Assembly: GCA_036229005.1 (NCBI GenBank)
Contig: JAZAMN010000008.1
Location: 134,930-198,929, forward strand
Length of the DNA stretch: 64,000 nucleotides
Direction of reading: 5' to 3'
Source of the DNA: Myxococcota bacterium
Lineage (GTDB): Bacteria; Myxococcota_A; UBA796; CAJQPC01
Shown here piece after piece: positions 1 through 9,375 of this stretch. The notes under the pieces are model-generated. The model did not search any database. It saw nothing but the letters and a program-made list of their open reading frames with translations, and was not told where the DNA came from. Numbering within the stretch: position 1 is the stretch's first letter; every line of letters starts with the position of its first letter. A program made the translations under genes and the position numbers.

Positions 1-78
1 GACCCCAGATGCCCGGCCGAGGCGGGCGTTCGACCCCGGATGCCCGGCCGAGGCGGGCGTTCGACCCCGGATGCCCGG
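1..78. repeat. 31-bp tandem repeat, ~2.5 copies (cut by window edge)
   Basis: Unit GACCCC(A/G)GATGCCCGGCCGAGGCGGGCGTTC starts at 1, 32 and 63; same family as 23372-23670. Confidence 0.9.
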
Positions 79-124
79 TGCTTGCGGTGCTCGGTTGGCT
101 GCCCGTGGGGCGCGGTGCGTGGCA

Positions 125-343
125 TCAGCTCCCGTTGACGCTGTCCCAGTACCCGCCCCAGTAGTCGTAGTAGTTCTCGTCGGTGTTGGAGGTCACCCAG
201 TCCTCCGGGCCACTCTCGAGCAGCTCGGGGTGGTTCTGTTCCATCCAGGAGATGAAGTCGGGGAGCCCGACCTCTCCGCTGCCGCGGCCGAGCTGCAGCA
301 GGGTGCTCCGCGCGCGGGGGGTGTGTCGGCGGGTGTAGCTCAT
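125..343 (-). CDS. small hypothetical protein
   Basis: ATG at 343 overlaps stop of upstream ORF (ATGA coupling); host-like codon usage. Confidence 0.55.
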   Translation of the reverse strand: MSYTRRHTPRARSTLLQLGRGSGEVGLPDFISWMEQNHPELLESGPEDWVTSNTDENYYDYWGGYWDSVNGS

Positions 344-870
344 GGTCGGACCCTCTCCAGGGTGGAGAAGGGGCCCGCTGGCTTGAGGCGCCACTGCTCC
401 GGGCTGCCCTCGTTCAGGACCTCCAGGGTCAGCTCCCAGCCGGCATCGCCTTGGACCGCCAGTCCGCTCTCCAGGCTCTGGTGGCGGCTGTGCTCCCTGA
501 GCAGTTCAAAGGCCAGCGCTGGGACCTCCTGAGCGGAGAGCTGGGGCTCGGTCGCCAGGACCTCGCTGGTTCCCTGGGCATGACCGCTGGTGATCCAGGT
601 GCCGGAGGCCCCATCCACGAGGGCCACGCTCATGGGTTGGGACGTGCCGAGAGGGACCAGCAGGTAGAGGCTGTGGTGCACCAGCTCGGGCGCCTTGTCC
701 GACGGCCGAAGGACGTAGGAGTCCTCCGACTCGGTCCAATGGGCCAGCTCCAGATCTTGGGTGCGTTCCACGGCTGCGCGCACCTGGGCGTGATTGGGCG
801 TGGGCGTCTCCGGCGCCTGGGACGGCGCGCACACGCACCCCCCAAGCTGAGCGAGCAGGACAGTCAGCAC
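340..870 (-). CDS. hypothetical lipoprotein
   Basis: Hydrophobic N-terminus with LGGC lipobox-like motif. Confidence 0.6.
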   Translation of the reverse strand: MLTVLLAQLGGCVCAPSQAPETPTPNHAQVRAAVERTQDLELAHWTESEDSYVLRPSDKAPELVHHSLYLLVPLGTSQPMSVALVDGASGTWITSGHAQGTSEVLATEPQLSAQEVPALAFELLREHSRHQSLESGLAVQGDAGWELTLEVLNEGSPEQWRLKPAGPFSTLERVRP

Positions 871-1078
871 CCCCCTGTTCTAGCGGCTGCCCGGGTCTCT
901 GTCACGGGGTGGTGAAGCTGCCGGGCTGCGGGGGAGCTGCTCAGCCAGCGGTTGATCCTCTCGCTGAAAGGCACGTTGGACCCTCGATGCGCGGTGGGAC
1001 GCCCGTTGGACCGGCCCCGAGCTCCCCACTCAGCCCGCAGGCTCCAGGTACTGGATCCGTCCATCACAGCGGGCCCCC

Positions 1079-2188
1079 TCAAGGCCCACTCACCCGAACC
1101 CGCCGCGTCCCCTCCAAAGTGATCGGCCACCGCCACCCCGCCGCCTGCGCCAACACACACGCCTCCGCCGCCGGCGTCGCATTCCCCCCCACCACGCGGG
1201 GGTTCTCGCTCTCGCCATAGCGCAGGTCAACCGCCACGATGACCTCGCCGGGGGCGTCAAAGCAGGAGCGGGCCTGGGCGCGGTAGTAGGCCAGGTGGTG
1301 GGCCAGCTGACCCTGGAGGTCCTCGGCCCCTCCCTCCTCCCAAGAGGGCAGCTCGACGGGGTCCACAGGCCGCAAGAACTCGGTGGCGGGTGGGCTCAGG
1401 GTCCACTCCAGGGCGCCGGTGAGCGCGGGGTCCAGCTGCCAACCCAGGGCCTTCTGGGCCAGGCAGGCGTCGCCCCAGGCGGCGACCACGCGACCCTGCC
1501 GCAGGACGACGTCCAGGGTGGCGGGGCCGTCCTGCAGGCACGCGGCGATCTGATTGTCCCGAGGCGCCCGGCCCTCGGGAAGCGCCCCCCTCGACACCGC
1601 GACCACGGCCTGCGCCTCCAGGTCGGGGACGGCCCGCCAGGTGAGCGGGGGCAGCAGCTCCTCGCCGAGGGACTGGTCTGCCGAGGTGTCCCGCATGGCG
1701 TGGGTGCTGAGCGTTGTGCCCTGCAGCTCCAGGCCAAAGACCAGCACGCCCTCTCCTGAACCCTGGACGTCCGAGCCCTGGGCCTGCTCCATCAGCTCGC
1801 CCTGAAGCCCGGCGATCCACGCACTCAGGGCCGGGTCGGGGAGGGTCGGCTGCGCGCCGTACAAGGTCGCGGGCGCCGGCAGGATGAGCAGGGGCCAGGA
1901 GAGGTCCGCGGTGACCGTCGGCTCGATGGCCCACCCCCGGGCCGCCTTGCGCACGCAGCGCTCCAGATCACCGTCGTCCACCGTCGAGGTCAACAGTCTG
2001 GGGAACCAGACCCGCCCCATTCGTGCACGAAAGCCGAGTTCAAACGCCCAGAAAGAACCGTCCGCGTGCTGCGCGTGACAGGCCGCCAGGTCCTGGGCCT
2101 GCTCGCCGACCAGCATGGCCAGAGGCTCGGCCTGGGGCGGGGACAGCAGCTCGCTGGCCCCCAACAACGCCAGCAGCAAGGGGGTCAA
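1079..2188 (-). CDS. secreted protein with repeated AgmX/PglI (TonB-C-like) domains
   Basis: TTG start overlapping GT2 stop; signal peptide; recurring L..C......ST....LE.CV.....W motifs. Confidence 0.6.
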   Translation of the reverse strand: MTPLLLALLGASELLSPPQAEPLAMLVGEQAQDLAACHAQHADGSFWAFELGFRARMGRVWFPRLLTSTVDDGDLERCVRKAARGWAIEPTVTADLSWPLLILPAPATLYGAQPTLPDPALSAWIAGLQGELMEQAQGSDVQGSGEGVLVFGLELQGTTLSTHAMRDTSADQSLGEELLPPLTWRAVPDLEAQAVVAVSRGALPEGRAPRDNQIAACLQDGPATLDVVLRQGRVVAAWGDACLAQKALGWQLDPALTGALEWTLSPPATEFLRPVDPVELPSWEEGGAEDLQGQLAHHLAYYRAQARSCFDAPGEVIVAVDLRYGESENPRVVGGNATPAAEACVLAQAAGWRWPITLEGTRRVRVSGP

Positions 2189-2916
2189 GCGCGCTTGTTG
2201 CCCTGCCACCACCGGGCCTTGGGCAGCTCGGTGATCAGCACTTTGAGGTGGTCCTTGCCGACGGGCCAGGACAGGGCCTTGGACTCGCCGCCGACGCGCT
2301 GGCCCTCGATGGTGGCCAGCTCGGCGATGGGCCAGCCGCGCTGGAGGGCCCGGATGCTGATCTGGTACTCGATGGGGAAGCGCTTGACGGTGGTCTCCAG
2401 CGCCAGCAGGTCGGCCCGCCGCAGGGCGCGGAAGCCGTTGATGGTGTCGGTCACGAAGGGCTGGCCGTCGTTGAAGCAGACGTTCGCGATGCGCGTGAGG
2501 GCGCGGTTGGCCCAGGCGCGCGGCCGGAAGGGGGAGACGTCCTCTTCGTTGACGGAGCCTTCGGCAAAGCGGCTGGCGATGGCCACGCGGGCGCCACCCA
2601 GCAGCAGGTCGTCCAGGCGCTCGATGTCGGCGGGATCTTCGTTGCCGTCGGGGGAGTAGAAGACCATGCGCTCGGCGCTGGAGGCCTCTGCCGCGACGCG
2701 GAAGGCGACGCCGCGCCCGGGGATGGACTGGTCCAGGATGGGGATGCCGCGCTCGGTCAGGAACTCCCGGCTGCCGTCGGTGGAGCCGCCGTCCACGGCG
2801 ACGACCTCGGAGAAGCGGTCCAGGGGGAGCGCATCCCAGCAGTCTCTCAGGCCATTGATCTCGTTGAGCACCAAGAGGACCAGACAGCAATCGCGCACCG
2901 GGGTTTCCGTGCTCAT
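2185..2916 (-). CDS. glycosyltransferase family 2 (DPM1-like)
   Basis: LNE, VDGGSTDGS, SPDG, ASRF, DTINGFRA motifs. Confidence 0.9.
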   Translation of the reverse strand: MSTETPVRDCCLVLLVLNEINGLRDCWDALPLDRFSEVVAVDGGSTDGSREFLTERGIPILDQSIPGRGVAFRVAAEASSAERMVFYSPDGNEDPADIERLDDLLLGGARVAIASRFAEGSVNEEDVSPFRPRAWANRALTRIANVCFNDGQPFVTDTINGFRALRRADLLALETTVKRFPIEYQISIRALQRGWPIAELATIEGQRVGGESKALSWPVGKDHLKVLITELPKARWWQGNKRA

Positions 2917-3875
2917 GGGACCAAGCCCTCCTGGATCAGCCAGTCCGCGACCAGCTCGGCGATGGCGCGGTTGCCCGCGGCGTTGGCGTGACCGGGGTCC
3001 TGGGGCGCAAAGTACAGCCGCTCCCCGGCGCGCACCCGCTGGGCGATGGTCTCGCTGGGGTCAAGGTGCGGGATGCCCTTGTCCTGGGCCTCCAGGCGCA
3101 GCAGGCGGCGGTGCTCTTCGGTGTAGCCGGCGACCTCCAGCGGGTAGCCAAAGTGGGCGATCTCCCCGCCCCCGGCCTGCACCTTGGCCCTCAGCGCGCG
3201 CAGGTTCTCCAGGTAGTCGGCGCCCGGCACGCGGCGGGTGTTGCCGTGCTCCTTGGCCCGGGTCTGGACAGCCCCCAGGCTGGTCTGCAGCACCTGGTAG
3301 AGCCGCCACTTGTAGAGCACGTTGCTCTTGAGAAAGTCCGCTTCGCCCTGCATGACGGCCTGGGACTTGTCGGAGTAGGCGACCTCCCGGGCGTCCTGGA
3401 CCACGAAGCCGGCCAGGGCCAGGTCGATGTCCATGTCGGCCAGCTCCTGGTCCCACAGCCACAGGCCCTGGAAGCTGGTGTAGCCGGGCTGCCCGGCGTT
3501 GATGACCTGCACGTCGTGCCCGCGCTCGCGCAGGATGGCCTGGAGCTGCGCGGGGTAGGTCTCGCTGTCGGCCACGCCCCAGCCAAAGGTGGTCGAGCAG
3601 CCCATGGCGGCGATGCGGAAGCTGCCGGGGCTGTCGTGGTGCGGGGGCCGGAAGCCGTGGTCGTCGGTGGAGACCGGGAAGCTGACGCCGAGCTCCTTGT
3701 GGGTCATCGGCTCGTCGACCAGGTTGTCCTCGACTTGCCAGTAGACCTTGTTGTGCTCGAAGACCGGGCGCTCGTCCTGGGTGGGCAACCCGAGCACGCG
3801 CAGCAAGACCTCGGTCCCCCCAAAGAAGAGGACCAGGACCAGCAGCGAGAAGCCCAGCCGCTTGGCGTGCTTCAC
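2913..3875 (-). CDS. SGNH/GDSL hydrolase family protein
   Basis: GCSTTFG block I, VINAGQPGY, DPGHANAAGN; N-terminal membrane anchor. Confidence 0.85.
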   Translation of the reverse strand: MKHAKRLGFSLLVLVLFFGGTEVLLRVLGLPTQDERPVFEHNKVYWQVEDNLVDEPMTHKELGVSFPVSTDDHGFRPPHHDSPGSFRIAAMGCSTTFGWGVADSETYPAQLQAILRERGHDVQVINAGQPGYTSFQGLWLWDQELADMDIDLALAGFVVQDAREVAYSDKSQAVMQGEADFLKSNVLYKWRLYQVLQTSLGAVQTRAKEHGNTRRVPGADYLENLRALRAKVQAGGGEIAHFGYPLEVAGYTEEHRRLLRLEAQDKGIPHLDPSETIAQRVRAGERLYFAPQDPGHANAAGNRAIAELVADWLIQEGLVP

Positions 3876-3879
3876 CGCG

Positions 3880-4698
3880 TCAGTTGGCCGGGCTGATGGT
3901 GATGCCCGCGTGGTCGGTGATGCTGCCCGACTGGAAGTAGACGTTGTCGTAGTAGGTCGCGTCGTTGATGGCGACCATCACGCGCCCGTGGGCGATGGGC
4001 GTGTAGACCGTCTCGGAGCCGATGGGGAAGAGCTCCTCGGCGCCGTCCTCGGAGACGAAGCGGCCGATCAGCATGCCGGCGGCGCAGCCCTCGAGCTTGC
4101 AGGGGGCGTCGTCCGCGGGGGACTCGCCCAGGCCCTCGACCGTCATCCAGTCGCCCTGCTCGGAGATGCGGTACTTGTCCTGGGTGGTGCCCTCGATGCG
4201 GATGGCGTCGCCCGCGCACACGTTGACGCTGAACTGCCAGCCCGCGCCGATGTCCAGGTAGTCGAACATGGTGGCGGTCAGGGGGTTCAGGCACTCACCG
4301 GCGGTGAGCTGCTCGGGGAGCTGGCCCAGCCAGGACTTCCACGCGTCGGCTGCGGCGCCCACGCCCATGACCTGCTTGCAGTGCTCCAGGTTCTTCTGGG
4401 CGACGGCCTCGATGCTGTCGGGGCGGCCGAGCAGGGTGGTCTCCACGTCCTCGACGTAGTTGGGGGGGAAGCTGATGCCGTCCTCCCGCGCGCCGCTCCA
4501 CTGGGACTTCATCTGCTCCAGGGCCTCCTGGCGGGCCAGGCGCCTGGCCGAGGTGCCCTCCGTGCTCTGCACCTGCTCGAAGTCGGGCGGGAAGTAGCAC
4601 TGGCCCTTCCAGCCCTCCTCCGCGTGCCAGCCGACGGGCGGCGGCGCGGGCTCGGTGTTCTTGTCTCCGCAGGCGACGAAGAGGGAGAAGAGCAGCAT
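3880..4698 (-). CDS. hypothetical lipoprotein
   Basis: MLLFSLFVAC lipobox; GGAGG RBS upstream. Confidence 0.75.
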   Translation of the reverse strand: MLLFSLFVACGDKNTEPAPPPVGWHAEEGWKGQCYFPPDFEQVQSTEGTSARRLARQEALEQMKSQWSGAREDGISFPPNYVEDVETTLLGRPDSIEAVAQKNLEHCKQVMGVGAAADAWKSWLGQLPEQLTAGECLNPLTATMFDYLDIGAGWQFSVNVCAGDAIRIEGTTQDKYRISEQGDWMTVEGLGESPADDAPCKLEGCAAGMLIGRFVSEDGAEELFPIGSETVYTPIAHGRVMVAINDATYYDNVYFQSGSITDHAGITISPAN

Positions 4699-4790
4699 GA
4701 GGACCTCCAGGGTGGGGACCTTATCCCAGCGGGCCGGTGGGCACACGCGGTGGGTCTGTACTCTGGGCGCCAGCGAGGAGCTGCTGGCGC

Positions 4791-5408
4791 TCACCAGCCC
4801 CCTTGGAACAGGACCCGGGGCCCGCTCCAGGCGTCTTCGTTGGTCCATTGTTGGGCCACCAGCAGGCGTCCGCTGTCGGAGCCTCCGCTCACCAGGGCGT
4901 GGATTCCGTACCAGTCCGGGCGGTCGCTGGTGCTGTCCAGGGCGTACTGAGCCTGCCGCTGCGCCAATATCCACTCCCTGGCTTGAGGGTCCGGGGAGTC
5001 GTCGGGTCCGGATGTGAACCCCAGCTCGAAGTGAGGAGCGTCAGGCGTGCCAGAGAGCTGACCGAGGCCCTGGATGCGGAAGGGGGCCTCGTCCGCGAGG
5101 GTGAGCGCCAGCTGTACGGGGACCACCAGACGCTCCTGGCAGTCGTGCGCCGAGGTCACCAGCTCCGGGGTGGCGGAGAGCTCGCCGATGTGCAGGACGG
5201 GCTCGAAGGAGATGCCCGCGGGGGGACCCCATTCCTCGCTCCAGGCGACCGGCAGAGGCAGGGTCTCAGGCAGGGCGGCGTGGAGTTGTTGGGCCGAGAA
5301 GCCCAGGGAGGACACCTCCTCCTGTCCCAGCACCTCCGAGCTGCCTGGGCACGCAGGCTCTGGGGCCGGGGGGAAGCCTGGGCTGCAGGCGAGCAGGAGC
5401 CACATCAT
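4791..5408 (-). CDS. hypothetical lipoprotein
   Basis: MMWLLLAC lipobox; coupled to upstream ORF. Confidence 0.65.
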   Translation of the reverse strand: MMWLLLACSPGFPPAPEPACPGSSEVLGQEEVSSLGFSAQQLHAALPETLPLPVAWSEEWGPPAGISFEPVLHIGELSATPELVTSAHDCQERLVVPVQLALTLADEAPFRIQGLGQLSGTPDAPHFELGFTSGPDDSPDPQAREWILAQRQAQYALDSTSDRPDWYGIHALVSGGSDSGRLLVAQQWTNEDAWSGPRVLFQGGW

Positions 5409-6034
5409 GGCGCCTCCCGGCTGACCACCAGCCCTTGGAGGTTGGCGCTCGCGATGCGCTCAGGGCTGCCCAGCCAGTAGACGGAGAGCTGACCGATGTC
5501 GGCGCTCCCTTCGAGGGTCAGCCCCACCCCGTAGCGTTCGTTGTCTCGGTCTGGGAACGCGGTCTCGTAGGCAGAGCTGTACCCCGTCTCCTGGTCGTCG
5601 GAGAAGAAGAGGGTCCAGTCTTCCGGGCGGGGGCCAAAGACGCGGATCTCGCCATCGGCGTCGACGGTCTGTTGGACACTGTCCCCGTGACCGCTCTCCC
5701 AGATCCCCCCGTTGTCCAGGGCCAGGGTCCAGGAGAAGGGCACGGACAGGTGCTCGCCACAGTCCCAGGACTCCCGGAGCATGGGGGGCGCGTTGGACTC
5801 CAGCGTGAGGGTCCACCCGGTGCCCCACTCGGCGCCAGGGTGCTCGGAGACCGCCGCCAGCCCGCCGATCGCTGCGTAGCGCGTGGTGCCTTCCCAGTGG
5901 TCCACCACCTGTTGGGCGGTGCCCCCTTGGAAGGGGGTGTCCCAGCCCGTCTCGGTCGCGGAGAAGTCGCAGTCCCAGGGGGGCTCAGAGCGCTCCTGGA
6001 TCCAAGCGCAGGACGAGAGGAGTAGGAGCGTCAT
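5405..6034 (-). CDS. hypothetical lipoprotein
   Basis: MTLLLLSSC lipobox. Confidence 0.65.
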   Translation of the reverse strand: MTLLLLSSCAWIQERSEPPWDCDFSATETGWDTPFQGGTAQQVVDHWEGTTRYAAIGGLAAVSEHPGAEWGTGWTLTLESNAPPMLRESWDCGEHLSVPFSWTLALDNGGIWESGHGDSVQQTVDADGEIRVFGPRPEDWTLFFSDDQETGYSSAYETAFPDRDNERYGVGLTLEGSADIGQLSVYWLGSPERIASANLQGLVVSREAP

Positions 6035-6044
6035 TGGGTACCCT

Positions 6045-7661
6045 CTAGTCCGCCTCGGGCAGGGCAGCACACTGGGAAATGATCTCGCTTCTCCACTCTG
6101 CGATTCGGGGCCCCCGCATGTGGGTAATGCCCCAGCTATCGTAGTAGGCACTGGACACAACGGCCGTAACGAATCTGGTACCGCCAGGGCTTCTCCCGTC
6201 CCAGAACACCGGTCCGCCGGAGTCGGCTGAGCCAAACATCAGGTCGAATGCGATACTCTCCCGGTATACGGCGTCAACGAAGACATCACCGTCTTCGCGG
6301 TGGTAGAGGGCTCGCCCGTGGCTTCCGCCCTGATCCCCTTTGGCATATCGGAAGTTGTCGCACTTCTCGTCCCAAACTGGGTCGGTCTCTTCCACGATGG
6401 GATTGTTCTCGCCTCCGACGGTCTGGCACTGATTCAGGGGACCCGCCAAGACAGGGGCAGCGAGGAGCTCTGGTTCGAAAACGGGATCGAATAGGTCTTC
6501 CCACTGCGACAACACCATGATGGTTGCTTCGGTTTGGTCCGTGGAGATCAGCGGGGCCTGCAACCGGATAAGCGCCCAGTCTCGCCAGGGGAGGGTTGTA
6601 TCTCCGAAGGCGTAGTCACTTGGATCGATCGAGATTGCGTGTTGTGAGTTGACGCATGCGCCATTCATGCCACGCAGGTTTCCGCGGGTACACCATTCCT
6701 GGTGAGTCATGTCCTGACGGACCTCTCGACCATCTCGAAGACCGAGTACGCAATGACGTGCTGTCAGCAAGACATCGGGTTCGATCAGAACGCCGGAGCA
6801 GTAGTCGTCTGTGGCTACTGCGTCAGTCTCCTCCGGAACGACCTGACTGGGTTGCTGGATTTTGGTGTACCAACTTGAAGATGGAGATGCCAGATCGCCT
6901 CGGAATCGGCTCGTGATGAAGACACCGTCGTGCTGCGGATACTGGTGCCACCAAGTGTCGTACTGGGCTCCGGGGGCCAGCAGGCCGCTGGTCAACCATC
7001 CTGGAGCGAACCGGAGGTACTCCCAACTGTCTCCCGGACCGAACCCGGGCTCTGCCGGATACGAGGAGGCGACGGGTCCCTCCACGTCTGAGGGATGGGT
7101 GGCGTTGTAGTCCTGTACCACTTGGTTCACCTTGGAGAGGTCCACAGCTACGGCCTTGAAAAGGTGCCCGTCAGCATCCCACATCTCGCTCTTTAGAAGG
7201 AGATCGTGGGAAGATGGACGCGCCGGGGGGATGACTGTCTCGTCCATGATCAAACGACCTTGGGGGACCAACTCATCCACGAACACCGCTGGGCCGACGT
7301 ACTCCCAGGTGATTGGGCCCAACTCTATCTGCTCTCCAAGTTGGTAGCGATCGGCCGTTGACAGAGTGTAAGTACCGTCAGCGTTGTAGATCCGGTTGCT
7401 CTCGTCGACAGGGTCTGGTTGTCCGGTGTCGGAATGTAGGTCGGAGACCTGCCAACCCGTGTCGAATTCGCTCTCGGCACTGCCCGATGAAGCTACGATA
7501 AGCCCCGTCACCGCCGTCATGGCTGCGACCGCAAGTGCCGAGAAATCACCGATGAGGTTTCTGCCCACCTTGCCCCCTTCGTTCGCTTTGGATGTAGGGA
7601 CTGTTTCACGTCGGAGGCAGGCTGTCCGGCACACCCCAGAGCACAAAAGGCCCCCGGGCAA
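6045..7661 (-). CDS. trypsin-like (S1) serine protease, secreted; true start probably ~7520-7570
   Basis: CSGVLIEPDVLLTARHC (His), DWALIRL (Asp), ADSGGPV (Ser). Confidence 0.8.
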   Translation of the reverse strand: MPGGLLCSGVCRTACLRRETVPTSKANEGGKVGRNLIGDFSALAVAAMTAVTGLIVASSGSAESEFDTGWQVSDLHSDTGQPDPVDESNRIYNADGTYTLSTADRYQLGEQIELGPITWEYVGPAVFVDELVPQGRLIMDETVIPPARPSSHDLLLKSEMWDADGHLFKAVAVDLSKVNQVVQDYNATHPSDVEGPVASSYPAEPGFGPGDSWEYLRFAPGWLTSGLLAPGAQYDTWWHQYPQHDGVFITSRFRGDLASPSSSWYTKIQQPSQVVPEETDAVATDDYCSGVLIEPDVLLTARHCVLGLRDGREVRQDMTHQEWCTRGNLRGMNGACVNSQHAISIDPSDYAFGDTTLPWRDWALIRLQAPLISTDQTEATIMVLSQWEDLFDPVFEPELLAAPVLAGPLNQCQTVGGENNPIVEETDPVWDEKCDNFRYAKGDQGGSHGRALYHREDGDVFVDAVYRESIAFDLMFGSADSGGPVFWDGRSPGGTRFVTAVVSSAYYDSWGITHMRGPRIAEWRSEIISQCAALPEAD

Positions 7662-7676
7662 GCGCCCGAGAGCCTC
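7645..7676 (-). terminator. Rho-independent terminator after atpE
   Basis: Minus strand AGGCTCTCGGGC-GCTT-GCCCGGGGGCCT then TTT. Confidence 0.65.
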
Positions 7677-7710
7677 TCGATGCCGGGGCCTGGCCCCGAA
7701 GGCCGGGAGC

Positions 7711-8028
7711 TTAGAGCTTGCCCAGGGCCAGGAAGCCGAAGCCGAAGGTGAAGAGCACCAGGGTCTCGATGAAGACCAGGGCGATCAGCATCGGGGTCTG
7801 GATCTTGCCAGCAGCCTGGGGGTTGCGAGCGATGCCCTCGAGGGCGGCGGAAGCAGCGCGGCCCTGGCCCATGCCACAGATGGCAGCAGCCAGACCCATG
7901 CCGAGCATGGCGCCGACGACGCCCAGGCCAGCGCCGGAGCCGCCAGCAGCGTCCTCAGCGAGGGCGGGGGAGGAGATGAGGAAGAGGCCGAGCATGGTGG
8001 CGGCGACCTTCAGGGACTTGGACTGCAT
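7711..8028 (-). CDS. atpE: ATP synthase F0 subunit c
   Basis: GMGLAA..GMGQG, ARNPQA loop, conserved Glu in FIETL. Confidence 0.95.
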   Translation of the reverse strand: MQSKSLKVAATMLGLFLISSPALAEDAAGGSGAGLGVVGAMLGMGLAAAICGMGQGRAASAALEGIARNPQAAGKIQTPMLIALVFIETLVLFTFGFGFLALGKL

Positions 8029-8094
8029 GGTGTCTCCAAGGGCAGGCTCAGCCAGGCTGAGCAGTAAGAAAGGGGTTGAGAGAAGAAAGGGGAA

Positions 8095-8862
8095 TCAGTG
8101 GTGGTCGCCGTCGCCGACCGCCAGGGCGATGTAGACGACGGTGAGCAGCATGAAGACGAAGGCCTGGACGAAGGACACGAAGGCGCCGAGTCCGACGAAG
8201 AACGCGGGGGCCAGGATGCCGTGGGTCAGGTAGCTGGACACGCCCAGGAGCAGGTGGTCGGCGAACATGTTGATGTAGAGCCGGACCGACAGGGTCATGG
8301 GGCGCAGGAGCACGGAGAAGAGCTCGACCGCGAAGATGAAGGGCGCCAGGGCCAGCATGGGACCGGCCATGTGGGCCAGGTAGGCCTTGAGCCCGATCTC
8401 CTTGATGCCGGCGTAGTTGAACATCACGAACACCACCAGGGCCACGGCCATGTTGGTGCTGATGACGCCGGTGCTGGCCAGGAAGCCGGGGACGAGGCCC
8501 AGCAGGTTGGAGACCAGGATGTAGGTGAAGACGCTGCCGAAGAGCGGGAAGTAGCGGGTCGCCAGGTCCCGGCTGTTCAGGACGTTCTCGGCGAAGCTCA
8601 GCAGGCCGTCCACCAGCATCTCACCGGCGTTGCGGGGGCCCAGACCGGTGTCGGGCACGTACTGCTGGTTGCCACCCTTGGCGATGGCCTTGTTCAGGCC
8701 GGCGCGGGCCATCAGGGCGAACACGGCGATGATGGCGAACACCAGCCAGGCGGTGGGGATCGCGTAGGCGCCGACGGCCTCGTCGTGGCCGACGTGCAGG
8801 GGCTCAAGGACGCTGCCGTCTTCGAAGCCGGGGAGGAGGTAGAACCAGGAGTAGTTGTACAT
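8095..8862 (-). CDS. atpB: ATP synthase F0 subunit a
   Basis: NLLGLVPG, LRPMTLSVRLYINMFADH, QAFVFMLLTVVYI. Confidence 0.95.
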   Translation of the reverse strand: MYNYSWFYLLPGFEDGSVLEPLHVGHDEAVGAYAIPTAWLVFAIIAVFALMARAGLNKAIAKGGNQQYVPDTGLGPRNAGEMLVDGLLSFAENVLNSRDLATRYFPLFGSVFTYILVSNLLGLVPGFLASTGVISTNMAVALVVFVMFNYAGIKEIGLKAYLAHMAGPMLALAPFIFAVELFSVLLRPMTLSVRLYINMFADHLLLGVSSYLTHGILAPAFFVGLGAFVSFVQAFVFMLLTVVYIALAVGDGDHH

Positions 8863-8863
8863 C

Positions 8864-9265
8864 TCAGGCCTCCTGGGCCGGGTCGGGGACAACGAAGAGG
8901 GAGGTGACGGAGCGCAGGCTCAGCGCGGCGACCACGCTGGCGAGTCCGCCCATGATCCAGATCCCGTTCAGGAGCTGGAAGAGCCCAAAGAGCAGGACCG
9001 CGGAGAGCAGGGTCTTGACCAGCAGTCCGGCGATCATGGGGCCGGCAGCGGGGGTCTCGGAGCCCTCCGGGGCGGCCGCGATGGCGGTCATGCGCTTGAC
9101 CACCTGGGCGATGAGGAAGAGGTTCCCCAGGCCGAGCAGCCCACCGGAGAGCACCGCGAGCGCGGGCGTCTGCAGACCCTGCCAGCCACCGTAGATGGCT
9201 GCGCCCACGACGAACAGAGCCATCACGATGGCGCTGTCTCGGAAGATGGTCTGGGTGTTGAGCAT
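8864..9265 (-). CDS. atpI: ATP synthase protein I-like membrane protein
   Basis: Four hydrophobic helices, directly upstream of atpB. Confidence 0.7.
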   Translation of the reverse strand: MLNTQTIFRDSAIVMALFVVGAAIYGGWQGLQTPALAVLSGGLLGLGNLFLIAQVVKRMTAIAAAPEGSETPAAGPMIAGLLVKTLLSAVLLFGLFQLLNGIWIMGGLASVVAALSLRSVTSLFVVPDPAQEA

Positions 9266-9375
9266 CGGGACGCTGAGGGGCTCCAGGAGGGTCGCTTTGA
9301 GACCCCCCTCTCAAGGAGGGGGCGTGAGGTAGCACGGGGGCTTGTGGCCGTCAACAGCGCGGCCCCGGGCCGGGA

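Noticed and set aside
7711..9265. Partial atp operon or Na+-specific ATP synthase as a novelty
   Set aside because: A split F0 cluster after hemL and an extended subunit c are common in delta-proteobacteria, and the Na+-binding signature is incomplete.
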